From the NCBI GenBank assembly GCA_018644665.1, contig JABGQA010000059.1, forward strand, positions 34,839 to 98,838: a stretch of 64,000 nucleotides of DNA, read 5' to 3'. Both the position numbers and the translations under genes were made by a program. Below the pieces are notes generated by a model, which was not told the DNA's origin, did not search any database, and saw nothing but the letters and a program-made list of their open reading frames with translations. Source of the stretch: Candidatus Poribacteria bacterium (lineage in GTDB: Bacteria > Poribacteria > WGA-4E > GCA-2687025). Shown here one piece after another: positions 9,945-20,446 of this stretch. The first letter of the stretch is position 1. Each line of letters begins with the position of its first letter.

Positions 9945-11231
9945 ATGCCAACGATCGTTGCGCGCCTTCTGCTCTGTATGGGCTTCTTCGCCCACTCCCT
10001 TGCCGTCGCGCGCGCCGACGAGGCCGCACTGCATCAGCACATGGACCTGTTCGGGAACTACGAGCTATCGCCGGGACAGGTGCTCACGGGAGGCCCGTGG
10101 GAGGACGGTCAGGTTCTGTTCATGGAAGCGACGAACATCGCTGACGGCGGCGTCTTCACGCGCGCCGACGCGGACTCGTTCGAGTCGGTGTTTCCGCCTG
10201 GGAAGTCGTTCCGCGTCGTGCGAGACGCCGCGGGAGACGTGACCGCGCTCGATTGGCAGGCGGGAGCGGGCAGTACTGTGCGAGCGCAACGGGTGCACCC
10301 ACAGGCGCGTGAGGATGTGTCGATCGAGAGCGGAGACGTCACGCTGTCGGGCAGCCTGTTCCTGCCGGTCGGTCCCGGCCCGCATCCCTGCATCGTGCTG
10401 GTGCACGGGTCTGGGGATTCGGATCGCTACATGGGACCGTGGGTGACGTTCTTCCTTCAGTCCGGGGTCGGCGTGTTCACGTACGACAAACGGGGCGTGG
10501 GGTTGTCCACGGGGGACTGGAGGGACGGCAGTTACGCGGCCCTCGCCGACGACGCCGTCGCGGCGGTGGAGTACCTCGCGTCGCGGGACGATGTCGACGC
10601 CGGGCGGATCGGGATACACGGCTCCAGCGAGGGCGGATGGGTCGCGCCGCTAGCGGCGACGCGCTCCTCGCACGTGTCCTTCCTCATCGTGAGGGTGGGC
10701 CCCGGTCAGCCCGTTGCTGAGACCGTGTTGTATGAGATGCGATGGGATCTTCGAGAGAAGAACCTGACGGGCGAAGAACTCGAACAGGTGATCGGGCTGT
10801 CCCGCAGCATCTTCGACGCGGCGAGTCGTGGTGACGCCTGGGAATCACTGCACGCGATCGTCGATCCGGTCCGCGACACCGCGTGGTATCGCAAGGCGTA
10901 CGGTTCAGGCGGCCCTCGCGGCGGCGGCGAGCGCATGTGGAACTGGCACGTCGCGAACGTGCATGTCGATCCTGCGGCAAGCGTGCGCCAATTGGACATC
11001 CCCGTGCTGTGGTTCCTGGCCGAGCAGGACGAGAACGTCGACACCGCGGCAAGCGAACCCCTGCTAAGGGCGGCGTTCGAAGCCGCTCCCACGACAGATC
11101 ACGAGCTACGCGTGCTACCGGGCGCCAACCACGCTTTCTTTGTTATGCGCGACGGACAACCTTCGTACACGCTGGGCTACTGGGACGCGATGGCTGAGTG
11201 GCTCGCCTCGCGGGGTTGGGCTTCCGAGTGA
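9945..11231 (+). CDS. secreted alpha/beta hydrolase (S9/dienelactone-hydrolase-like)
   Basis: Signal peptide MPTIVARLLLCMGFFAHSLAVARA. The nucleophile elbow is GIHGSSEGGW (GxSxG). The oxyanion region is IVLVHGSGDSDR. Confidence 0.75.
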   Translation: MPTIVARLLLCMGFFAHSLAVARADEAALHQHMDLFGNYELSPGQVLTGGPWEDGQVLFMEATNIADGGVFTRADADSFESVFPPGKSFRVVRDAAGDVTALDWQAGAGSTVRAQRVHPQAREDVSIESGDVTLSGSLFLPVGPGPHPCIVLVHGSGDSDRYMGPWVTFFLQSGVGVFTYDKRGVGLSTGDWRDGSYAALADDAVAAVEYLASRDDVDAGRIGIHGSSEGGWVAPLAATRSSHVSFLIVRVGPGQPVAETVLYEMRWDLREKNLTGEELEQVIGLSRSIFDAASRGDAWESLHAIVDPVRDTAWYRKAYGSGGPRGGGERMWNWHVANVHVDPAASVRQLDIPVLWFLAEQDENVDTAASEPLLRAAFEAAPTTDHELRVLPGANHAFFVMRDGQPSYTLGYWDAMAEWLASRGWASE

Positions 11232-11264
11232 CGAGCCGCAGCCGATCGCCCGCCGACCGAGCGA

Positions 11265-13336
<2,072 letters not shown>

Positions 13337-13340
<4 letters not shown>

Positions 13341-14503
13341 TCGCGGTTCGCCTGGAGTGCGTCGTAGGCGGCGTACTCGGCGGCGGCTTCGTCCGCGCGG
13401 CCTGCCTGCTCGTAGGCCTTCGCGAGGTTCAGCCGGAGGCGCGCGTCGGTGGGAGCCAGCCGGACGGCTGCCTGGAACTGCTCGACGGCCCGCGCGGCGT
13501 CTCCGAGCATCAGGAACGCGCCCGCCAGGCTGTTGCGATACGCGGCGATCTTCGGCTCGCGCTCCACGATGGCCGCGTACGCGTCCGCTGCGTCGGCGTA
13601 GCGGGCCAGGCGGAAATACGCGAACCCCAGGCGTTCGCGCGCCTTCGTGTCGGCGGCGTCGAGCGCGACGTGGCGCTTCAGCGTGCTCACGGCGTCGTCC
13701 CACTGCTCGCGCCGCAGGTGGATTCGGCTGAGTTCCGCCCACGCAGCCGCGTTGACGGGATCGCGCCGCGTCGCGCGTTCGAGGTGGGCGATCTGCTCGG
13801 CCTCCACATTCAGTCGACGGAACGTGTCGAGCGCCTTGCGGCCCTCCTCCACCTCGCCCAGACGCATGAGGCAGTTCCCCAGCGCGAGGTGCGACTTCGC
13901 GTGGAGCCTGTCGCGGTCGATGGCCTCACCGAACCGCGCGCGCGCCGCAGCGAGATCCCCAAGACGCATGTGCGCCAGGCCGAGCCCGTAGGATGCCTCC
14001 GCGTCCTCCGGGTCGAGGCAGTTCGCGTTGGCAAGCGCCTGGACGGCCGCGGTCGGGTCGTTGAGCTGAAGATGCGCGAAGCCGACAAGACGATGCGCGC
14101 GCGCGTATTCAGGATCGACCTCGACCGCCCGAAGCAGGTGCTCCAGCGCCGCGGGCGCCTCCGCAAACACCTCCATACGTATCTCGCCAAGTTGGCAGTA
14201 CGCCTCCGCCGGAGCCGACGGCGATGCGACGGCATGCTCGAAGGCCTCGAGAGCGTCGCGCCAACGGTCACGTCTGCGATAGAGCAGCCCGAGCGAGTAG
14301 TAGGCGTCGGCGCGGGTGGGGTCGAGTCCTATCGCGCGTTCGAACTGCGTGATCGCGAGGTCGTCGTCCTTCGCGTCGAGTGCGGCGCGGCCCGCCTCAT
14401 GCGCGAGATCACTTGGAGTCGCAGCGGCCGCCTGAAGCGCGATCGCGACCGAAATAGCCGCAACAGCGAGGGTGAGATGGCGCGCGGCGCTGTTCCCGCA
14501 CAT
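13337..14503 (-). CDS. secreted tetratricopeptide (TPR) repeat protein
   Basis: The signal peptide is MCGNSAARHLTLAVAAISVAIALQAAAA. Serial TPR-like units follow (AITQFERAIGLDPTRADAYYSLGLLY..., YCQLGEI..., ARAHRLVGFAHLQL...). The stop overlaps the next start (ATGA). The start was trimmed from the 522-aa ORF, which overlaps the upstream gene. Confidence 0.8.
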
Positions 14504-14523
14504 AGTGGCGCGCCCCGCATTTG

Positions 14524-14925
14524 CTATGACGTGAACAGCGCGTCGATCCGTCGCCGCAACTCGTCGCGCACTTTGCGGAACGCCGCCAATCGCTCCTTGT
14601 CCGAGCCGTCGGCTCCCGCCGGGTCGGGGAGACCCCAGTCCTGACGAGGCACGGAGCGCGGGAACGTCGGGCAGACCTCCTCGGCGCAGAGGGTGACGAC
14701 CGCGTCGATCAGGTCGAGCGGCACGTCGTCCACGCCCTTGGAGTGGTGTCCTGACGCGTCGAGTCCTATCTCGGCGAGGGCGCGTACCGCGTACGGGTTC
14801 ACCCGGTCGGGTTGGCTTCCCGCGCTGTAGACGGCCACGCCGTCGGGGGCGAGGCTCCGCGCGATGGCCTCCGCCATCTGGCTGCGGGCGGAATTGGCGA
14901 CGCAAAGGAACAGCAGATGCTTCAT
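14524..14925 (-). CDS. arsC: arsenate reductase / low-molecular-weight phosphatase family protein (thioredoxin-coupled ArsC type)
   Basis: Has the CX5R(S) P-loop LFLCVANSARSQMAEAI and the downstream Cys pair TLCAEEVCP, typical of LMW-PTP-fold ArsC. Confidence 0.7.
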   Translation of the reverse strand: MKHLLFLCVANSARSQMAEAIARSLAPDGVAVYSAGSQPDRVNPYAVRALAEIGLDASGHHSKGVDDVPLDLIDAVVTLCAEEVCPTFPRSVPRQDWGLPDPAGADGSDKERLAAFRKVRDELRRRIDALFTS

Positions 14926-14944
14926 GGCTTGTGGAGCCGCACGG

Positions 14945-15766
14945 TTACGCGAGGTCCGTCGGCCGGCCGCCCGTGAGGTCGGGTTCGGAGCCGGCGAAGT
15001 ACTCCGCGAATCGCTGTTGCAGGATGCCGAGAGCCTCTGTGGGATCGTCGGCGAACTCGAACAGACCGAGATCCTCGCGCGAGATGGACCCCCACTCTAC
15101 GAGAGCGTCGAAGTTGACGACGTCGTTCCAATACTCGCGTCCATACAGCAGGACGGCGACGCGCCGGCGTATCTTGCGCGTCTGCATGAGCGTGAGCAAC
15201 TCGAACAGCTCGTCGAACGTGCCGAACCCGCCGGGGAAGATCACCAGCGCCAGGGCGGGCGTCACGAACCACCACTTGCGCATGAAGAAGTAGTGGAACT
15301 CGAACGCCAACTCCCGAGGCACGTAGCGGTTCACGCCCTGCTCGAAGGGCAGGCTGATGCCCAGTCCAACGGACTTCCCACCGGCGTCCGCGGCGCCACG
15401 GTTCGCGGCCTCCATGATCCCCGGGCCACCACCACTGCACACCACGAACTGTTCGTGGGACGGCAACGTCACGGACCATTCGGTGAGGCGGCGGGCCAGT
15501 TCGCGGGCGTCCTGGTAGTAGGCGTGGAGCCGGTGGAGACCCTTCGCGGTCGGGTCGCCCTCGGGCTGCTCGGGCAAATCCTCGGTCGCGGGGATGCGCG
15601 CGGATCCGAAGAACACCACCGTGTTGCGCACTCCCTGCAGGCGGAGCTGGCGTCGCGGTTCGAGATACTCGGAGAGGATGCGGATGACGCGCGCGTCGGC
15701 GCTGTGGAGGAAGTCGAGATCCTCGTACGCCTTCGGCGGCATGAAGCCGTCGGGGTCTTCGGGCAT
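14945..15766 (-). CDS. LOG family protein (TIGR00730; cytokinin riboside 5'-monophosphate phosphoribohydrolase-like)
   Basis: Carries the GGGPGIMEAANRGA and PGGFGTFDELFELLT signature motifs. The ATG at 15766 (MPEDPDG) was chosen because the longer ORF nearly abuts the upstream gene. Confidence 0.85.
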   Translation of the reverse strand: MPEDPDGFMPPKAYEDLDFLHSADARVIRILSEYLEPRRQLRLQGVRNTVVFFGSARIPATEDLPEQPEGDPTAKGLHRLHAYYQDARELARRLTEWSVTLPSHEQFVVCSGGGPGIMEAANRGAADAGGKSVGLGISLPFEQGVNRYVPRELAFEFHYFFMRKWWFVTPALALVIFPGGFGTFDELFELLTLMQTRKIRRRVAVLLYGREYWNDVVNFDALVEWGSISREDLGLFEFADDPTEALGILQQRFAEYFAGSEPDLTGGRPTDLA

Positions 15767-15789
15767 GCGGGGCTCGTCTCGGTGTGGAG

Positions 15790-16023
15790 TTACAGGACGT
15801 CTTCCCGGCCGTGGGCGCGCATGATGGCCTCCCACTCGTCCTGTGGCAACTCCTCGGAGTGGTCGTCGTCGGCGAGCATTATCGGGATGTCGTCCTCGAT
15901 CCTATAGCGGCGGCGCGTCTTCCTGTCCGTCGAGGTGAGTGTGTCCGCCTCGGCGTCGTAAACGAGTTCCGCCTTGGACAGCGGGCAGACCAGGATCTCC
16001 CGCAGATCGTCCTGAATGGGCAT
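15790..16023 (-). CDS. Trm112/UPF0434 family small zinc-ribbon-like protein
   Basis: MPIQDDLREILVCPLSKAELVYD...YRIEDDIPIMLADD matches the Trm112p-like pattern. The start was trimmed to the ATG at 16023. Confidence 0.7.
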   Translation of the reverse strand: MPIQDDLREILVCPLSKAELVYDAEADTLTSTDRKTRRRYRIEDDIPIMLADDDHSEELPQDEWEAIMRAHGREDVL

Positions 16024-16254
16024 TCCGAGCCTCCGCGTGTGGGCGCCGACCGAATACGAGTGTAGATGCTGAGAATCCCAGCGGCAAGGCGTTCCACCCC
16101 GAGCGTTGAGCCCTGCTCGGACCCGGCGTAACATCGGTCGCGCACGCGCTCAGGATTCTGGATTCTGTTCCCGCACGCCCTGTCGCAGTACAATCCATGC
16201 CGGACGTCGAATGGAACTCGCCTAGGCGAAACACCGCCACGAGGGAGGCCCCTG

Positions 16255-18024
16255 ATGATCCGCCTCCGAACACACATCGGCTGCCTGATCGCCCTGACAG
16301 TCTTCCTGACCGCGTGCGGTGGCGACGAGGATTCGCCATCGATTTCTGTGGACGATGCCGATGCGCTCGCCTTCGTCTATGCGCACAAGCCGCGCACACC
16401 CGCGCTCGTCGTCTACAAGTCCGGTGAGGCCCTGACGGTATTAAGCGAAGATGGGGGCGCCACCGCGTCTGGAGCTGTGTTCGCCGCGCCGGGCATCGCG
16501 CCTCTGTTCGTGGAAGGAGGCCGCGACGGGCTCCCTACGCGCGCGTATGTAGACGGCTATACTTTCGTCTTCGCCGACTGGCTGCCAACCACGCTCGACA
16601 TGACGGTTGTGAATCCGTCAGGCGTCGCGGAGGTGTTTGCCGGCATCGACCGGCCCGTAGCGGTCAGGGCCGCGCCGATGTCGCTACAGGGGTCTAGCTC
16701 CGCAGAATCGGTCATCAGGACGGGTCAGGGTCTCATCGCCGTCGGGGCATGCGCGATTGGCGAGATCGTCCCCGTCTTGAGGGGCAGCGCGGTACTCCCG
16801 ATTGCGGCGATTGCGTGTAGGAAGTCCACGGTGAACGCCAGCGTGATGCTGCTTGAGGAAACCGCGCCGGACTCTCCGTGGGCAAGGGGCCTGGCGATCG
16901 CGGACAGCGCGCTTGCGGCAGCCGGATGCGCCGACCAGAAGAACTCCTCCACGGCAGCTTGCGTCGACGTGGCGCTGTCGATCGCTCAGGCTGTGGTCGA
17001 TGAGGCCGGTGATGCAGCGCCGTTGGCCGTGGAGGCGCTTCGCGGGCTGAACGACCCTCTCCGGTATGGCGCTGCGGAGCGTTGGGGGTCTCCAGAGCTG
17101 CTTGCGGACATGCCAGGAGGAGGGGGGACCGCGGCCTTCGTGGTCTTCTCACCCGACGGAGACACCCTCGCGATCGGCGCTGGCGCGGGCGTGAGGCTGA
17201 AAGCCGCTGATGGGCAGGTGAGCGGAGTGCCAGTCTCCCCAGGCCTCCGCGGGTCCGTGGTCTTCTCACCCGACGGAGACACGCTTGCAGTAGGCGGCGC
17301 CTCCTCCGTGACGCTCTGGGACGTCAACACGCGAGAGAAGGTCGGAACACTGCGGGGACACGAACGGTCCGTCTTGTCCGTCGCGTTCTCTCCAGATGGA
17401 AGAACGCTCGCTAGCGGCAGCGTCGACAGGACCGTGAGACTCTGGGATGTCAACGCCAGACAGGAAATCGCGACACTGCGAGGACACGCGTCCTGGGTCA
17501 ACTCCGTCGCCTTCTCACCCGACGGGAACACCCTCGCAAGCGGTGGTCATCCGCCCGAGCCTCTGAAGCTCTGGGATGTCGACCTCGGAAAGGCAATCGC
17601 GACCCTACAGGGACACACCGACGCCGTCCACTGCGTAGCGTTCTCACCCGACGGGCAGAGACTCGCAAGTGCGAGCGACGACGAGACGGTGAAGTTCTGG
17701 GCCGTTCAAGCTCGGCGGGAGGTCGCCACATTGGACTCGCGCACGCCGGGAGGGCGCGACGGAGGCGTCCTGTGTGTCGCGTTTTCGCCGGATGGACAGA
17801 CGGTCGCAACCGGCCTCCGCGACCACACGGTGAAGCTCTGGGCCACAAACGCGCGGCGGGAAATCGTGACCTTAGTCGGGCACGGGGCCGCCGTTCATTC
17901 GGTCGCCTTCTCACCCGACGGGGAAACACTCGCCAGCGGCAGCGGCAACCAATCCGTGAAGCTCTGGAGCAAGACGGCGAGGGTAACTCACGGCGGTCAC
18001 ACTCACGCCCGCTCCCCGTTCTGA
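16255..18024 (+). CDS. WD40-repeat lipoprotein
   Basis: A lipobox is present (LIALTVFLTAC-GGDE). An unassigned N-terminal region of about 270 aa follows. Then come about seven WD40 units of the form VAFSPDGxTLASGSxDxTVxLWDV. Confidence 0.85.
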   Translation: MIRLRTHIGCLIALTVFLTACGGDEDSPSISVDDADALAFVYAHKPRTPALVVYKSGEALTVLSEDGGATASGAVFAAPGIAPLFVEGGRDGLPTRAYVDGYTFVFADWLPTTLDMTVVNPSGVAEVFAGIDRPVAVRAAPMSLQGSSSAESVIRTGQGLIAVGACAIGEIVPVLRGSAVLPIAAIACRKSTVNASVMLLEETAPDSPWARGLAIADSALAAAGCADQKNSSTAACVDVALSIAQAVVDEAGDAAPLAVEALRGLNDPLRYGAAERWGSPELLADMPGGGGTAAFVVFSPDGDTLAIGAGAGVRLKAADGQVSGVPVSPGLRGSVVFSPDGDTLAVGGASSVTLWDVNTREKVGTLRGHERSVLSVAFSPDGRTLASGSVDRTVRLWDVNARQEIATLRGHASWVNSVAFSPDGNTLASGGHPPEPLKLWDVDLGKAIATLQGHTDAVHCVAFSPDGQRLASASDDETVKFWAVQARREVATLDSRTPGGRDGGVLCVAFSPDGQTVATGLRDHTVKLWATNARREIVTLVGHGAAVHSVAFSPDGETLASGSGNQSVKLWSKTARVTHGGHTHARSPF

Positions 18025-18181
18025 TAGTGCGCAGGCGTGGCTCAACGCGTGGCGCTCGATAGCCTGGGCCATGCGGCTGCGTATCCACGGCTCCCGCGTG
18101 CGCAGGCCCTCCACATGCCGGGTATCCCCGGCGTTGATGTGCACGCCGTGTGGGACGCCGGGGAATCGGACGGAGGGACAT

Positions 18182-19303
18182 ATGCGCGCGGACGTAGTCA
18201 TCATCGGCGGCGGGATCATCGGGCTGACGTGCGCCTACGAACTGGCGCGGCGCGATGTCGATGTGATTGTCGCCGAGCGGAACGCGCGCCTCGGGCGCGA
18301 GGGGTCGTGGGCGTCGCTCGGGCTGCTCCGCCAGCGCGTCACCAGCGACGATCCCTACGGCCGCATCGCCCGATACAGCGCGGACGCGTATCCAGACCTT
18401 GCCGCGTCTGTGCACGAAGACTCCGGCATAGACCCCGAATACAGAAGGCGAGGAGGACTCGAGGTCGCCGTAACCGAGGAGAAGCTAGCGTCGCTCGGGC
18501 GTTTCATGACGTTCCACGCATCGCGCGGACTCGCCGTCGAGTGGCTGGAGCCGCAGGACATCCAGGCGTGTGAGCCAGTCCTGTCCGACGCATGCCTCGG
18601 CGCGATCCTCTACGCCGACGACGCCTACGTCCGTCCACCGCGGATGCTGCAGGCCCTGGAGGCGGCGTTCGTCGCGCGGGGCGGGCGCGTCGTGACGAAG
18701 TTCGCGGCGTCACGGATCGGCCGCGGGATAGGTGTCACCGTGGAATCCGGGCGGGACACGCTCCACGCGGGGACGGTCGTGATCGCGGCGGGGGCGTGGT
18801 CGGGGCTTCTCGAGCGCGACGTCGGTCTCTTCCTACCCGTGCGGCCCGTCCGCGGCCAGGCGCTGATGTACGACGCGCCTCCCGAGATCTTGCGGCGCGC
18901 GTGCGGCGTCGAGAAGACATACGTGGCGCAGCGCGACGATGGCGTCCTGCTCGTGGGATCAACCCGAGAGGATGTTGGGTTCGACTCCTCCACGAGCGCC
19001 GAGGGTATCGCCGACCTGAAGCGGCGAGCGGCGGTCGCGTGTCCCGCTCTTGGTGAAATGGACCCCGCTCGCGCGTGGGCAGGCTTGAGACCGGCTCCCG
19101 CGCGGAGATTCCCGTACATCGGCGAAGTCGAGTCGAACGTGTGGGTGGCTACGGGTCATCACCGCTACGGCTACATGCTCGCGCCCGGGACGGCGCGCGT
19201 CGTCGCGGACGGCATCACGGCGGTTGACACGCCCATTCCACTCGATGACTTCCATCCCGAGCGGGATCGCGCGCGTGTCGAGGCGGATCAGTCGGGGTCG
19301 TAG
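18182..19303 (+). CDS. thiO: FAD-dependent oxidoreductase, glycine oxidase (ThiO)-like
   Basis: The dinucleotide fold is DVVIIGGGIIGLTCAYELARRDVDVIVAE. The C-terminal ATGHHRYGYMLAPGTA resembles the ThiO/DAO motif. A Shine-Dalgarno (SD) sequence, GGAGGG, lies upstream of the ATG at 18182. Confidence 0.65.
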   Translation: MRADVVIIGGGIIGLTCAYELARRDVDVIVAERNARLGREGSWASLGLLRQRVTSDDPYGRIARYSADAYPDLAASVHEDSGIDPEYRRRGGLEVAVTEEKLASLGRFMTFHASRGLAVEWLEPQDIQACEPVLSDACLGAILYADDAYVRPPRMLQALEAAFVARGGRVVTKFAASRIGRGIGVTVESGRDTLHAGTVVIAAGAWSGLLERDVGLFLPVRPVRGQALMYDAPPEILRRACGVEKTYVAQRDDGVLLVGSTREDVGFDSSTSAEGIADLKRRAAVACPALGEMDPARAWAGLRPAPARRFPYIGEVESNVWVATGHHRYGYMLAPGTARVVADGITAVDTPIPLDDFHPERDRARVEADQSGS

Positions 19304-19758
19304 CGACGGACGGCGTCGCGCATGTCGCGGGCGGCGTCGCGCGACTTGATGGCGTCGCGCTTGTCGTACTGCGTCTTGCCGCGTCCGAGCGAGATCTGCA
19401 CCTTCACGAAGCCGCGCCTGAAGTACATCCGCGTCGGGACGAGCGTCATGCTCTTCTGGTCGACGCTGCGCGCTAGCTTGCGGATCTCCGCCTTGTGAAG
19501 CAGCAGGCGTCGGGGTCGCTCCGGGTACGGGGCCGAAAGCGTGTCGAAGTCGTAGGGCGTGATGTGCAGCTTGTGGATGAACACCTCGCCGTTCTGGACG
19601 CGGGCGTAGCTGTCGGTGATGTTCACCTTGCCGGCGCGCAACGACTTCACCTCGTGACCGAGCAGGGAGATGCCGGCCTCCACCGGGTCGGAGAGGTGGT
19701 ATTCGTACCGCGCCTTGCGGTTCACGACGATGTGGTTCGAGCGCTCTTCTTTGGCCAT
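19288..19758 (-). CDS. smpB: SsrA-binding protein
   Basis: The full-length SmpB pattern is present (NRKARYEYHL, GHEVKSLR, ITPY, LLLHKAEI, FVKVQISLGRGK.YDKR). Its 3' end overlaps the convergent thiO-like gene by 16 bp. Confidence 0.95.
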   Translation of the reverse strand: MAKEERSNHIVVNRKARYEYHLSDPVEAGISLLGHEVKSLRAGKVNITDSYARVQNGEVFIHKLHITPYDFDTLSAPYPERPRRLLLHKAEIRKLARSVDQKSMTLVPTRMYFRRGFVKVQISLGRGKTQYDKRDAIKSRDAARDMRDAVRRYDPD

Positions 19759-20164
19759 CTCTTCTTGTCCTATGCGCCTGTGAACTATACGGCCTGGAGC
19801 GCGAACGGGGAAGGCCCGAGCTGGGGGGGACCGGCGTTCGGTGGGTGGCGGTCTCTTGCGGGTCTTCTGCTGTATGTTCGTCGTCCGAGGATGGGCACTT
19901 CGGCGTAGACCCGCATGCTCACACTGGGGAGGGGCTGCCTACGCCACCGCCTACGACGCGGGCGCGAATCTCGGTCGCGCCGCCGAAGGCGAAGTACCGT
20001 CCTGCCATTCCCGTACGACCCATGAACAGTGGAGACCGTTCGTCGCCTGCGGCTCTCCAGGGTGACAGGCGAGGGCGTGACTCCCCGCGAGTTGGGCCCA
20101 CGCGCAGGACGTTGGGCTTGATCGTCTTCATGGCTGTCGGGGGCGACGCCGGACGGAACGCGAT

Positions 20165-20446
20165 TTACTTCATCAGCGTCATACGCCGTATGGCGCGATA
20201 CTCGCCCGCCCGTATCTCATAGAGATACACGCCGCTGGCGACCGGTTCACCCAACTCGTTGCGACCATCCCAATACGCGGCGTCGGCCCCGCCTGTGTAG
20301 TAGCCCTCAGGCCGACGGCCCAGGTTCAGCGAGCGTACGACGGCGCCGTCCTTCCCATAGATGCGAACGGTGACATCCGCCTCCTCCGTGAGCTCGAACG
20401 GTATCCACGTCTCGGGGTTGAACGGATTCGGGTAGTTCGGCATGAG
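20165..20446 (-). other. T9SS-type/FlgD-Ig-like C-terminal domain (93 aa)
   Basis: NYPNPFNPETWIPF...VRIYGKDGAVVRSL...AYWDGRNELGEPVASGVYLYEIRAG. A paralogous 93-aa tail is found at 42789-43070. Confidence 0.75.

Noticed and set aside
13341-13742. N-terminal 134-codon extension of the FG-GAP/ASPIC ORF. An analogous extension of the TPR ORF lies at 14504-14905.
   Set aside because: The extensions run through the upstream genes in another frame and are Arg/Pro-rich. In both cases an internal ATG immediately precedes a good signal peptide. That ATG is positioned 20 bp downstream of the upstream stop (TPR) or in a 4-bp overlap with it (FG-GAP/ASPIC).
16153-16166. Tandem GGATTCT-GGATTCT in the divergent Trm112/WD40 intergenic region, possibly a regulator site or promoter
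   Set aside because: It is a very short repeat. I could not place convincing -35 and -10 hexamers at proper spacing around it (TACAAT at about 16188 lacks a matching -35).
19823-19845. tmRNA 5'-end-like motif GGGGGGGACCGGCGTTCGGTGGG next to smpB
   Set aside because: No complementary CCCCCCC-ACCA 3' end, no canonical T-arm and no tag-peptide reading frame were found on either strand. A circularly permuted arrangement did not fit either. It is kept only as a low-priority lead.
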